DNA of 64,000 bases from Eledone cirrhosa (lineage: Eukaryota). The notes below the pieces were generated by a model. It worked only from the letters and a program-made list of their open reading frames with translations. It made no database searches and was not told the DNA's origin. Location: assembly GCA_964016885.1 (NCBI GenBank), contig OZ024745.1, forward strand, positions 82,336,001 to 82,400,000, read 5' to 3'. A program made the translations under genes and the position numbers. Position 1 is the first letter of the stretch; each line of letters begins with the position of its first letter. Shown piece after piece: positions 27,298 to 41,473 of the stretch.

Positions 27298-28410
27298 CTG
27301 TAAATTGAAAGAGAAAAAGTTATATTTATCATACAAACATTATATATTCGAATATACACAGCTGCAATGCTTAGTGATCGTACACATGAAGACATTTTCA
27401 TTCTTCTTACATTTGCTAAATCTCATACGTAGAAATACAATACAAGAAAATAATAGTTCTGCAGAGATACAGAAGTAATTTTCCTTAACGTTCACCCGTT
27501 AATCTGTTTTAAACTATGTTTAAAAAACTACCGCAAGAAATATTTTATGACGTGACAAACCGCTCGTGTCCAATTTTTATTATATCTCAGCAATGGTCAA
27601 TACATACCAGTGATATTTTGCTGTCGATGTGTCTATGTAAGAATTAATTTTATAATATTCACATTAAATTCCCTAAAAGAGTGTATTATAAACGAACAAA
27701 TATTGCATTAATTATGTGAAAATGAAAATTTTATGTAAAAGCAAATCGAAAGGGTAGTGGGAGATTAATTTGCCAATATGCTCTTAGTGCTGTTTTATTA
27801 AGCTTTGATATATCTGACATAAAATCCTATAGAAAACTATATATTGATTAAACAATATAGAAACCACCATGCAGCGTAGAGAAAATGCTGTCCTTATACA
27901 CAATCTTAATTTGATCTATTTGCTCAGAAATATTTTCATAACTAGCCATGTAGATAGTCACTCATATTGTGTTTACTTCGAGGCCATACACTAAAAACTC
28001 TGCACTTTCTATCCACCCCTATATCGTCAAACCTCGAAAGCGTCTCTGCCCACTTTTCCCGTCTCCAGAACTTCACCCATTTCTTTCAACTATTATTTAT
28101 AGTCATCGCTTATTATTCTTATGGTCATATGCGTTGGGGTGCACACTTTTCAAGTTGGGGTGCACCGCTTTTAAGTTAACCGCATATATATATATATATA
28201 TATACATATATATACATAGTTAAAATATGTGTAACTATAGTTTCAGGCAGTTCGTCAGTTAAAGGACTCAATACTGTTACTTGGTTCCGTCTCGTGTAGG
28301 GTTTATACTTCAATGTACTCCAGGGCTACAGTTGCTGTAACGTGCAGTGTGTAATTACAAGTAAACAGAAACGAAGGCAAGGTTGCATCATATATGAACT
28401 TTATTGTATA

Positions 28411-28991
28411 CTAGCAGATTTACCCGGCTAATTAAATTATGCTAAGAATATACAGCTAGGAAGTGAAAGAAGAACATTATTTGTCCCCAACCTGTCAAAA
28501 TAATCAGAAGTCTTCAATAATTAACAAACATCATCAAAATCTCGTCAATTCGAGACTGCTGCGAGATTATGCCCTTAACGCGAAAATTAACACTTAATAT
28601 AGTGAAACAAGTTAAAACAACAAGTGTTTTTTTAACTTTGAAAGTGCAACAAAGAATAAACAAGAAACAAACGATAAAACCATCATCAAAATCTCGTCAA
28701 TCAAATGAATGTGATGTTTATATTGAAAAGTATGTTATCTCCCTTTTTTATTAGGATTGTCAATAAAGTTTGTTATCTCCTTTACATCAATTTTTCTACC
28801 TATAAGTTTGATATCGATTTGTTATTGCTCAACGTGGATCGATTTGAAAAATATTTGTGATGTGACAATCTTATCGACCTGTGCAACGTGCACAGAAAAT
28901 TGGGTCAAATTCAGTTGGTAATTGTGAAAGTCTTATGCATGCCAAGTTGTACACAGACACACACACATCCTCATTTATATATATATAAAGA
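28411..28991 (-). mobile_element. Non-autonomous Helitron-like element
   Basis: The minus strand begins A|TCTTTATATATATAAA followed by (TG)n and ends gccgggtaaatctgCTAG|T. It interrupts a repeat whose uninterrupted homolog lies inverted at ~30360-30445. Confidence 0.65.
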
Positions 28992-29269
28992 TGTCAATTG
29001 TTTCGGTATTGATCAGCGCTAGGTTCAATCATAATCTTCGTGACCGGAATCTGCACCGACATCTCACCAGATATGCGTTCATAGGTGCAGAACACATCAA
29101 AAGGTTTTATTTTATATTTTGTTTGTTTATTCTCTACTTTACCATTCCGTCCTTTCTCTTTGTCGTATTACCGTATTTTCTAAAAAAAATGTAATTTTTA
29201 ATATATCTATTTTTTATTATTTCTTATTATTTTATTATTTCTGTTCTCTTCTTCTCTTCCTCTACGCTC

Positions 29270-29880
29270 ACTTATTCCTGAGAGCGTCGTGGATTCAGAA
29301 TCCTCAAACGTTTCCTCCAGTGGGTCCTATCAGAAGTAACCATCTCCAACTGATCCGGTTGGATTCCCAAGCTCATGGATAATATCAAACCATCTTGCTC
29401 GGGATCTACCCTTGGGCCTCCTACGTGTTGGTTTTGCCAGTAAAATCTGCCCATACATTCTAACCACATGTAGTATCGGAGATGTGATGTCTCAATTTGG
29501 AGAAGTAGCGGCTATACCTGGAGTGACTCTCTGATTTCAGAGCTACGCACTTTATCGAGTAACGTTACTTCAAAAGCCCTTCGGAGGAATCCCATTTCGG
29601 CCACTTGTATTCGCGATCGTATTCCTTTGATCATTACCCAAGATTCATGACCGCAGGTAAGGGTTACAACGAAGAGCGAATTGAAAATAGCGAGTTTGGC
29701 ATTTACGCCTACCTCCCTACCTCTGATTACTGAACGCTGAAGCTGGCGCATTACTGAACCAGCTTTTGCAATTCGTGCACTTAATTCAGCCTCTTGCTTC
29801 CCATAGTTCGTGAACACGGCCCCGAGATTCTTGAAAAACCATACCGCATCGTCCTTCGTGTGAGTTAACAAGAGATGCGT
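29270..29880 (-). mobile_element. RTE-clade (Rex3/Expander-like) LINE 3' fragment
   Basis: RIAKAGSVMRQLQRSV...KLAIFNSLFVVTLTCGHESW...RIQVAEMGFLRR....LLDKVRSSEIRESL resembles the post-RT region of RTE elements. Confidence 0.7.
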
Positions 29881-30073
29881 TCAGGCCTTAGGTAGAGCGG
29901 TCTGTCCGATAAATATATTGCAGTCTCCATTTCATGCAGCAAAAACTGGCGATGGGCCTATGACCTCTTCTGGGAGGCGTGGGATGGACATACAAAGGTA
30001 GCGTATCCCGAGACCCCAAAGAGGGTCAGGAAGGCAGCAAACAGTTTTATTATTTTATTATTATTATTTTATT

Positions 30074-30260
30074 GTGGATTGGCAGTATTGGTAGAGGGTC
30101 GGACGCCATGCTTTCCAGCATAGTTACGTCCCTTTACGGTCTGAGTTCAAATCCCGCCGAGGTTAACTTTGCCTTTCATCCTTACGGGGTCAATAAAAAA
30201 TGTACCAGTAATGTACTGGTAATTGATGGCCTTGTGCCAAATGTAGAAACAATTATTTTA
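30074..30260 (+). mobile_element. SINE family 1
   Basis: Same boxes and core. Confidence 0.8.
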
Positions 30261-31899
30261 TTGTATTTATATATTTGCACTTTATACCTTACAAATATGC
30301 CCATCCTTTTATCTATTCACCCCCACCCCACAAAAAATAAATGTACATAAAGGGATCACTTGACGTTTATCGTCCCAAAGATCATGATCGAACCCTGAGC
30401 TGATCGCTGCAATAAAGTTCATTTATGGTGCAACCGTGACTTCGTGCCTGCTTACTTATATGCACACACACACACACACACACATACACACACACAAGCA
30501 CACAAACACACAAACACACACACACAGCTCCATCTCTATATATATATGAATAAGGTATATTGTAGTTTGTTGAATATTAGAGTGAAAATGGGGTGTGTTT
30601 AGGAAGTAGTACAATGCACGTGGGTTTGAATTACCAAGGCAGCATGTCGGAAGGGAATTTGAGGGAGGTGAGATAGAAGGCCAAAGGTAGGAGAAAGAGG
30701 AAAATAAAAGGACAAGAATGAACTTAGTCATTTATTTGTCCAAATATGTGTCAGATCGGATTCATCATATATCAAGGGGGATTCGTTGAGGAGGGGATGG
30801 ATTCGGAGGAATCGGAGATTGTCTCTCTTGTTCGCTATATAACAAATATAACTAAAGAAAGACAATCTCCAGTTTCTCCGAAGTTCTCCATACAGATACC
30901 CTTTGATAATGGATAATAAATCCGAAAAATAAATTCGAGACTAATAAATTACTCTAGGTAAAAATCAGTCATTCTTTCCCTTTTATTTCCCACCTTCCCC
31001 CACTTTTTGCTTTTTTCCTAACTTCTTTCAATTTCCTTCCGACTTTCAGTAATTGAAACCTACCTGCATTGCACAGTTTCTTAAAGACACCCACATCCTC
31101 CCTCTCTCTCTGGAGTTGCGACCAATAGATAGTATTAGCAATTGGAAAGACCAACAGAAAAATTGTTTCCTCGGTCCGATTTGACGAAAGTCGATCGTTA
31201 AAAAAAATATATATATATTGCGCATGTGTATACAAAGTTATATATTTATTATGTATGCTCGGAGTCTGGTTCGATCCAGACCTCGAGATGGACAAAATCT
31301 GGGACGTGTGATGAATTGATTGCCCACGTTCACTCAGAAATGGGCAGAGAGGTGGCTGTCTCTGAAAGCTAAGATGTGGCGAATGCGTACATCTACTACC
31401 GCCCCACAGCCGTGCTTTGGCCAAAGCCTCGTATGCTTGCACTCTCGAGTTCTATAGAACGCATTGGGGTCGATTTAATTGACTTCCCCTAAAAATTGTT
31501 GGCCTTGTGCCTAAATCAGGAACAATTATTATTGTTGTAGTTGTTTTAGTTGATGATGTTGTTAAAGTTGTTTGTTGTTGTGAATGATGTTTCAAAGAGG
31601 ACCACTTAAAAGATATTTTCTTGCAAGTATCCTTGATGAAAGAAAATTAATTCAATATTTCTACCAACAAAGAGATTCGGAATGATTAAACTGTTCATCC
31701 CAAAACTTTCGTAGAAAAGCAATCACGGTTGCAGCAGTAGCACTAATAACAACAGCAGCAGCAGCAGAGGAAAAAAAATTCAACAAGAAAAAAAAAAAAA
31801 AATTCAACAAGAAAAAATAACAACCAGGGGCTCTCCTAACACAGCTCTCCCTCTCCTTCTCTCTCCCCCATTCAAACACACTAAAAGGTCTGTCTCAAG

Positions 31900-32146
31900 C
31901 ACGGAGGACAACCAGGCCGGTGCTTTTCCCGGTTTCCGTGGCTTTAAGTGACTGAGAGTTCAAGAATCCCCCTGGACATGACACCAGTCTATCGCAGGAT
32001 TAAACTCACAGCTACAGCTGGTACTCATTTTCGGCTGAATCTATTGTAGCATTTTAAAATGAAGTGTTTTACTCAAGAACAGTCCGGGAATTGGAACCAT
32101 GACGTATGATCGTAAGTTGAACATACTTACCAATAAGCCACGCACC
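31900..32146 (-). mobile_element. tRNA-derived SINE, second family
   Basis: Minus-strand head GCGTGGCTTATTGGTAAG...GGTTCCAATTCCC, then cctgcgatagactggtgtcatgtccagggg...gccacggaaaccggg, reminiscent of V-domain-type SINE bodies (not verified). Confidence 0.55.
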
Positions 32147-32149
32147 TTT

Positions 32150-32249
<100 letters not shown>

Positions 32250-33479
32250 CAGACATGCACACAAGCCCACCCCTACCCCTATCTGAGTCGGATTTTTCAG
32301 ACACGGAAAAACTCTCGACCAGAACTGCATAAACGATGCAAACGTCTCTTCATCATAAAGAAAGACAAGAGAATTTGGTTACACATGAGAAATATATCCT
32401 CTCATTAAAAGTTAAAAATCCAGCATTACATGAACTCATTTTGTTGTGTACTTCGATACATATGATATGCATTGTCATTTATCAATCTTGTAGTAAAAAC
32501 CAAATTGTTATTTTCATGAGCATTTAATCATGTTATTGTGATTTTTGTAGGGACATTATATGATGATAGAAATTCATTTTTATTTGAGCTACAAAGAAAT
32601 TTATATTATATGACAATAAATTATATTGAATCTTTACGCATTATACTGCTACAAATATATTGTAACTGTTTTTTCGGCTTCTTATATAATCAGTTACTTG
32701 TCGTCGTCATTATTGTTGAGCCCAAGTCCAACCCAGAACAAGGAAACGTATGATAATTACCATCTCGTACAAAGGATTCGGGACCAAATAATCTATCACG
32801 CCCTTATTTAGAATGCAAAATGTGATTAGTGAAGTACTTGGCTGTTATTTCTAGCCAGTCAAGTAGCCACGAAGAGGCTGCCTTGTTGGCTCAGTGAAGT
32901 TGTTATTAATTCCTGTAACAATACTACTGTCCCTTGTTGTTATAGATGCTGTTGTATAAGTTGGTGCAAATGTTGAATCCTAGTTATGACAGCACACAGT
33001 ATTTAATCACACCCTTTTATCTTCTGTTCCAAATCCCGCCAGTGTTCAGTTCATTTTTTATCCTTCTGAATCTGCTAAAGTGAAGAACAAAAAATAATAG
33101 TGAAATACTGATAATCAATATAATCGACTAAATCTCTGTAGCCACGTGCCAACGTTACAAAACATTATTATTGCTATTCTGATTATATTTATTGCATCCC
33201 TTGATAATGGTTGGGTAGTTTCCGAAGCTGCACACTGTTTCTGATGTCACCATTAAATTTTCTCTCATTAGTTGCTGTTGATGTTTTTACTGCTACGAGA
33301 CATGCTGTCGTTATTAGTCGTAACATTATGTCGGTATTTATAGCTGTCCTGATTAATGATATAATTGGAGTAGCTTTACGTTTACACTTTTACAGCTTTT
33401 AGTAATTAGAGACTGCCCATGCTGGGGTATCACTTGGATTAAATAGATCCTATCCACCCCAGTACTTATTCTTTCATGA

Positions 33480-34115
33480 CAGAGACAGGAATTTATCATC
33501 ACTACCCAAGTCATACAAATATCGCTTTATCAAAGATAATATTGACAATATGTGTAGAATATGTGGAATTTATGAGAGAACCATTGATAACATTCTATTT
33601 GGCTACCCAATATTGGCAAAGAAATGTGTATATTGCACCGCTACAAAACACTTTAAACTACACTGTAAAACCTGCATAACTACACTGTAAAACATGCAGG
33701 GGATACGATATGAACGTCCCTGGAAAATTGTATGACACAAACCAGAAACAGTTGCCAAGAAAGAAAATGTTACCCTCCTATAGGAGATGGCAGTGCCAAC
33801 AAATAAGGAAATCAAAGAAAACAGACCAGACGTCATAATAAAAACCATCAAAGAAAACAAAACTTTTATTGATTAAGTCAATATGTGCTAAAACGTTAAG
33901 TTCACGGAAAAATTGTCTAAAGATAAATATTTTAAAGAAAGTAGGACAGGACTACACAAGTCATACCAGTAGTGCTCGGAGAACTTGGCTCAATAAAAAA
34001 TCGCACTGGAATAATTCAACACTAAAACCAAGGAAACGTAATTCTTCAGGAACTCCAAACGAATGTCCTCCTAAGAACAACAGATACATTACAAAATGGC
34101 TCGTCCTTAAAGTAA
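33480..34115 (+). pseudogene. Degenerate C-terminal remnant of an RLE-type LINE
   Basis: Relics CRICG..ERTIDNI (~33552) and NRPDVII (~33820). Confidence 0.55.
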
Positions 34116-34141
34116 AACTATATAGGTTGTATAAACTCAGA

Positions 34142-36400
34142 TCTATTTCTTTATTGGCTGCAAGGGCTGAAACATGTAGAACAATACCAAAGACAGGAAC
34201 AATGGGGAGTTACAAAAAAAAAAAAAAAGGAATAAATGAAAACGTTTAAACAAATAAAACAGATAAAAAATTAATAGCAATAAAAATTCCCCAATAGAGG
34301 GGAACTTCATCCAGAGGTAACTGAGACCCCCAACTGATCCCAAACAACTTTAATCGTCAAGAGAACAAGAGGAAGGTACCCTTCTCATCTCTAAAATCTC
34401 CAGTTTACAGGCACATGGTCACAGTATGCCCATTCACTCGGGTGATCATCGCTACATTCACCCACATTTTAACAAATGTACTGGGGACGGAAAACCTATC
34501 CTTTTCAATCGGACCTTCCCCTCCGAGTGGAACAAGAAAAAGTTGATGAGGGTTAGGCTGAGGAGGAAAGTGGTGTCTGTCTTCAGTACTTTGAGCCACG
34601 TCCACCAAACAACCTCTTTTGGTACACCCATCAGACAGAGGAAAACCGCTTGCCCTTCCTGGCCAAAGGAATGTGGTGGGGCGATTTTCACGATGGAGTC
34701 GATCAATAGCCGGATCCATCCTACATGCGACAAAATCCGCACGCGAGCAATGCTTGGATGAATGCATGCGGACCGGTTTAATTACTCTGCGCTCATCTCG
34801 GACAGGCCCGTAGGATATCACTTCTGTGCTTGTAGAGTTTGTCTCAAACTGGGATTGTCCCACGGTAGCACTGCCATCCCAGGGAGTTTTGGAAATTGTC
34901 CATAGTCGGAGGCTCGAATGTTCTCCGGAAGAGACCGGTTATTTCAATTTCGTGGACGCTCAGAGTTTCTCTAATAACGCCATCGCACTTACCCACCACT
35001 AGTTCTTATAAAACGCTAGAGTGGAACTTTCGCTGACTGCATTGCCGGACTGGTCGAGGGCTGTGAGCGCCTAGCATAATTCGTGATGCCGGCGCCCAGT
35101 CTCGGTCTTCGCTTGACCCAAGAATACAGCCCAGGCAATGAGACGAGCTGGGAAAAGACCTGTCCTGAAAACGGCGACCACACAAGTTCACCGTTTAGAA
35201 ATACCTGGATATACCGTAACCTCAGTGCATGTTTGTGCATAATCAGTCAGGGCTAGTCCAGATCTCCGCGTAGAAGGTGCTGACAGCGGATGAACCATCT
35301 CACGAGTGGAAACCGTTCCTTCCACAAAAATTGAAGAGCAAACGTTACAATTTGGTGAGGCGTAGACCTGGACAAGGCCCAACGGTCATGCGATAATAGA
35401 TGACGGACATGATGTACGCGTTCGCCAACTCTGCCTGACCTTTCAGGCATCGCTTTCTATCTGCTTACTTATGGGTTAGACTGTTCACCCTGCTCGTTAC
35501 CTCGTCCCAATTCTTATCCAGCTGGAGCTATGGACGAAACAGACCCCAGTGTTAAATGCTATCATGGTGACGTAAACCGTATATGCCGACGCAACTCTTC
35601 CACATCACGGCTCGAGCAGAATACCATCCAATATGTCATCTTCCGTCACGTCTTTATCAAAATGGATTTATACATTCAAGCTTTTTTCCGTTGCTGCCAA
35701 CACATCTGAGATGATGGCTACATCGGCTCATACATTTTAATTTGTTTGGCTGCTTAGGACAAATATGTGTCTTTCTCTGAAATGTTCATTTTGAAACGTT
35801 ATGCTGTTTTTGCAGCTGTCGCTTCAAAAGTATTAATATTGTTGAGGTTGTTGCCATTTGTGTTGTCATTCTTGTCTGTGTTGACGGTATATTTTTCTTT
35901 GTTTGTTTCATTTTTTTGTTGATGTTTTATGGTAGTGTTGGTAGTAGTAGTGTTAGTGTTTGTGCTAATGTTGTTTTTGTTGAGTTTTTTTTATATTAAT
36001 GTGTAGTTTTTATGGTAGAGTTGACGGTGTTAAATTGAGGAATTCTGTCATATATTTTTTTCGAGCTAAGTTAGTGTTGGTAGTGTTACTGTAGTTACTG
36101 CTGTTGCTGCTGCTGCTGCTGCTGCTGTCATTGATTTTTGACTGTGGACAGCTCGCTATTCAATTCTGCGAAGGAATTTTTTATCGTTCGCCATGTCTAT
36201 TTTAGTTTAACGAGGGACGTGTTTGTGAAAAGAAAACCCAAAAGTTGTCGCTAAGCGCAATAGATATAGGGAAACCAACCTCCTCACCAAGAAGATGGTT
36301 GGTTTAGCCAAAAAACAATATACAATGTTCAGACAAAACTGCTTTAAAAACACGTTACAAACAATGAATTTACTTCGTCGAGTGTACCATGTCTCAAGAG
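34142..36400 (-). mobile_element. Internally deleted, degenerate Tx1-type LINE (copy 3)
   Basis: Shared 3' end tttctttattggc and ORF2 C-terminal homology (KHALRLR, KEVVWWT). A T/G-rich ORF1-like remnant and 5' hairpin lie toward 36300. The 5' boundary is approximate. Confidence 0.7.
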
Positions 36401-36618
36401 ACTAACAAAAATAATGATAACAGTAATAGTAATACTTTTGATAACAATAATGATAAAATATGTAGTTATAGGTGTAGTAGTAGTTGTAGTAGCAGCAGCA
36501 ACAACAGTAGTAGTCGAAGAAGAAGAAAAGAAAAAGAAGAAATAAAGGAGAAAATTGAAGAAAATACAGAAAAATAAAACTGAAAAATAATATTATATAA
36601 AAAGATATTTAAACTTAC

Positions 36619-39077
36619 GACCGTGAAGGCTCTAAAGCATTTTGGTATAAGTAGTTGGTTTTAAAGTATTTCTGATGTTTCATCTCAACCATTTCAGAAG
36701 AAGGACGGGTCTTCAAAGCAGCACCTCCCATTTTGATGTGATGATGAGCTTGTCTAGTTATAGGAATAGAGGCGGGTAAGGGCGAAGTTGATGTAAAATC
36801 AAGCGAAAATGTATCTGATCCATTTTCATCTGGTGATGTTTCCTTTAAGCTAGTGTCTAAACATGTTTGAGCTGCAGCATCATGCTGTCTGTATTCCATA
36901 TTTCCTTTCCTGCTCTGAAAATATTTGTCGTAATTTTCTTCATAAAGATCAAACTGGGAAGTTTGAGCAGCAGCATCTTGTTTGACTCTTGTAAATGTTT
37001 CTCTTTGTTTTTCCAACAGTTCATTGCTCCTTGTTGTTAATCTAGCGATATCAAGGTTGTTCATATTTGTTTGGTCCCAGTTCTCTTGCTTCGTTCTATC
37101 TGATGTCTCGGTTAACGTATTTAATGTTGTTGCGAGAAGTACAGTGCCTGTTGGTGTTGTCTTCGTAGGTGAGCCAACCTCAACTTCACAACTAGAAGAG
37201 CTTATTAAACTATTACGACTCGCAGATTGAGGAAATTCCTTAAGGCTAGATACTTTTGATGATTCAATTTCATCTAAATTTGTTTGTTTAATATTGTGAT
37301 CACTGTATATTTCTTCTTCATCTATATATGCCCTCCTTCTCAACATCGTGATTGTGGCAGCATCTGGTATTGTAGCTGTACATTGGTCCCTATTAGTAGA
37401 TTCTGAATATTCCTTGTGGCTTAGGTTTTTCTTAAACATTTTGTTCTCCCCCAATCCAGTAGCTTCTGAAATTGGGAGTGCTCGAAAAGAATGTTCAGCA
37501 ACTAAGCATAAACTATCTGGGTAAAGTTGATGGGGAACATTCTTGATATTGATTGGTGGCAGAGGTTTAGTAGATATTGATGTGTTATCAGAGGCAATTC
37601 TAAGGCCGCCATAAGGATTAGTTAATCTGTTCATAACAAGCCGATTAGATCTTTGTGGTGGAACAACAGGTCTTGTTGACGTACTGATAGGTATTCGGCT
37701 TCCTTTTGTGTTAATTGTATGCTTTGGCTTAGATGGTATTTTGGGTTTATTCAACGGAGACTTGCTCCCGTCAGATTGGACTCGAGTTGTTTGAGCTATT
37801 CGTGTTGGTGTCTGAACCGGACTAATATGTACATTTGTGGACATCCCAGTATTTTTAAGTGGAGCAGCTTCTGGATAAGGAAATCTTTTCAGTACTGTCT
37901 TGTTGCATAATATTGCTGGATCTTGTGTAGGTTTTGTTGTTGTAATTTCTCTAGATGCCTTTATGTCTAAAACATTATAATGTTGTATTGAACTCGGAGA
38001 ATCAGAACTAAAATATTTATTTGAGCCTGCACTTAAATGCTGTTTATCCTCAGTTATTCGTTGACAAGATTTGGGTTTAATAATAATATCTTCAGAAGCC
38101 AATCCCGAATAATGTTCTACTTTACTTTTCAAATTCGTTTGCTTTAATGGAGATGATGGTTCATAATTGTCTGCTTCACGTGATGTATCTGAATGAAAGC
38201 TTTGGTAATCAGATGGTTTACAAGGTCTTTTGATTTTCTTAGTATCGTCACTTTGATTTACTGTATCTTTTGCTAACTTGTCAATTGATGTTCGAGTTTG
38301 AGGTTTGGGTCTAACTTTTATCACATTTTCATTTTTCTTGGTGGTAGGAGAATTCATTTTACTTTCGTTATCATTTATGTTAAACTGACTTTCGTTCAAT
38401 GGAACTCTATTAGAATTGGAAGATTTATCAAGCATATTAGCCGAAATCAATTTATCATTTTCACATAAACATTGTTGAAGCTCTGTAGAATTGTAACTTT
38501 CCTGTAACAAATAACTATCATCTGTTTTCAATGTTAACATTGGTGAGTTTCCTATATCTTTGTTTGACTTGCGAAATGGTGGGGTTGGATGAAATGATTT
38601 TTTGACATCTGCGTTGTTATTTGTAAGAGCAGCTGCAATGGATGTTGCTGATATAGGATATTTCTTAGTTGTATCTATATTTTCATTATATACACTCGCA
38701 GATTCCTCTTTTCCATCAGTTGTAGTGTATCTCGGTTTTATTTCATCCCAATTTTTAGATTTTGAGCTGTCTGCATTTCGTAGATCGTCTTCTTTTTTCA
38801 TCGCCTCATCCTTGTGTTTCTGAGGTGTGTTGCCAGGTGAAATGCTTTTGGAGAATATTTCTTGCTTTGTCATTTTAGAACTTTGGCTGTTCGTATTCAT
38901 ATCTCGTCGAATAGTTTCAGAAAGGCCATATTCCAATGTAGAAGGACTTGTGCTGACACTAGTATCGGAAGTTGTAATGCATATTTCTTGACCAGACGTC
39001 AAACTCGAGCTTTCTGGACTGTCATTATAGCTTGATGGCGATGAGTTGCTGAGTCTGTTCACATTTGTATCCTGATC
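36619..39077 (-). CDS. Large (~2.46 kb) exon of an unidentified Ser/Thr/Pro-rich, probably disordered host protein
   Basis: 825-codon open frame in AT-rich DNA with no TE motifs. Acceptor ctcttgtcttttattcAG (alternative start 39071) and strong donor |GTAAGT. Confidence 0.8.
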
Positions 39078-39166
39078 CTGAATAAAAGACAAGAGTAACG
39101 AATGTGAAATACTGATTAACTAATACATACATACATACACATGCACACACACACACTCACACACAA

Positions 39167-39211
<45 letters not shown>

Positions 39212-39212
<1 letters not shown>

Positions 39213-39321
39213 CAGATAGGGTGTGGTAAAATACAAGGTGGATCATAACCCAGAAGAGTACTCGGTACTTGGGGTAGTAGAATGGATAATATGAAAAGAT
39301 TCATATTACCCGATGGCTGAG

Positions 39322-39325
<4 letters not shown>
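39212..39325 (-). mobile_element. Solo 3'-terminal tip of a Penelope-like pLTR
   Basis: The reverse complement (gagctcagccatcgggt...ctactaccccaagtaccgagtact...ttaccac) aligns with 54351-54460. It lies between (TA)n and (TC)n tracts. Confidence 0.65.
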
Positions 39326-39360
<35 letters not shown>

Positions 39361-39378
39361 CTGTATATATATATATAT

Positions 39379-39935
<557 letters not shown>

Positions 39936-40096
39936 ATGAGTATTGACGTACATATACGTCAATACTCATCTTTTTCCATTTATCTGAGGATTCTAAACCT
40001 CATTATCAGGCTAACATTCCTTTAGTCAAAAATACGGTGAAAGCTATTCTATTTTCTAATTTCAAAACCTGCTGACTGTTTCAAAACATACTTACT

Positions 40097-40153
<57 letters not shown>

Positions 40154-40519
40154 CAAATAACGAAACGAAATTAAATTTCGTTTCGTTTGTAACTCACTTT
40201 TGTATGACTTACGCTTAAACAATTAAGTCAAAAATGTACATCTACATATGCATACTGAAATACTAGTGTGTATATGAATACACACACGTATACATATGTA
40301 GGTGTAACAAGTCTTTCACTGGTTGCTTTACTGTGAGCACCCAGCTATTCTGTATGTAAACACACAGACAAACCGGTTTTTAGAGTCATACTGGTTTTCG
40401 GGGGAACACCTTCCCTCTATTCTCCAGAAAGCCAGACATATCGTTATATGCTTTTTCATAGAAAAAGCATATAACGATATGTGCTTTTACAATTCTCCAG
40501 AAGGGCCGGTAGATAGGTA

Positions 40520-40564
40520 AATATTGCTGATGAGTTGTAACAACAACGAAACTAGTTCAATGTT
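40520..40564 (+). ncRNA. Minimal type I hammerhead ribozyme motif
   Basis: aatattg-CTGATGA-gttg(taacaa)caac-GAAAC-ta-GTT-caatgtt: canonical core, 7-bp stem I, and palindromic AACTAGTT in place of stem III. Confidence 0.85.
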
Positions 40565-40985
40565 CCTTGTCTGGCTTTCTGGAGAATAGAGGGAAGGTGT
40601 TCCCCCGAAAACCAGTATGACTCTAAAAACCGGTTTGTCTGTGTGTTTACATACAGAATAGCTGGGTGCTCACAGTAAAACAACCAGTGAAAGACTTGTT
40701 ACACCTACATATGTATACGTGTGTGTATTCATATACACACTAGTATTTCAGTATGCATATGTAGATGTACATTTTTGACTTAATTGTTTAAGCGTCAGTC
40801 ATACAAAAGTGAGTTACAAACGAAACGAAATTTAATTTCGTTTCGTTATTTGTTTTTATCGTCTCCGCTGAACCGGTGCGTACTCACACTCTATGCAAAT
40901 TAGTCTGCCCACTACTAATTTTCATAGAAAAAGCATATAACGATATGTGCTTTTACAATTCTCCTGAAGGGCCGGTAGATAGGTA

Positions 40986-41030
40986 AATATTGCTGATGAG
41001 TTGTAACAACAACGAAACTAGTTCAATGTT
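40986..41030 (+). ncRNA. Second tandem copy of the same hammerhead motif
   Basis: Identical motif 466 bp downstream. Confidence 0.85.
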
Positions 41031-41245
41031 CCTTGTCTGGCTTTCTGGAGAATAGAGGGAAGGTGTTCCCCCGAAAACCAGTATGACTCTAAAAACCGGT
41101 TTGTCTGTGTGTTTACATACAGAATAGCTGGGTGCTCACAGTAAAGCAACCAGTGAAAGACTTATTACACCTACATATGTATACGTGTGTGTATTCATAT
41201 ACACACTAGTATTTCAGTATGCATATGTAGATGTACATTTTTGAC

Positions 41246-41301
<56 letters not shown>

Positions 41302-41397
41302 AATGATAACATTGAAGACTAAAATCCAAAGAGGGCTCGATAAGGATAAATATATATCAAATATATAAGAACCGTAGAGCAAATATTTATTAAAATA

Positions 41398-41473
41398 ACA
41401 GATTAAAGTTTAAGCAAAGAATCGCTGCTTTCACCCTTAACGGGATCTTCTGAAACTAACAAAGTCAATCTGT
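41398..41473 (-). ncRNA. Type I hammerhead motif (CAGAAGA core), left pLTR copy
   Basis: Reverse complement of 45862-45937. Confidence 0.7.

Larger units (their letters stand above)
40149..41251 (+). mobile_element. Retrozyme-like family A: ~1.7 tandem 466-bp units plus an inverted 5' arm, between (TA)n tracts
   Basis: 40455 onward repeats at 40921. 40149-40438 is the reverse complement of ~40569-40858. There is no meaningful ORF and each unit carries one hammerhead. Confidence 0.8.

Noticed and set aside
28221-28262. Minus-strand CTGACGA-actgcct-GAAACTATAGTT hammerhead-like motif beside (TA)n
   Set aside because: The core and palindrome are present, but stems I and II do not pair convincingly. 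At best a decayed copy.
39983-40050. CTGAGGA...GAAA spacing
   Set aside because: No consistent three-stem fold.
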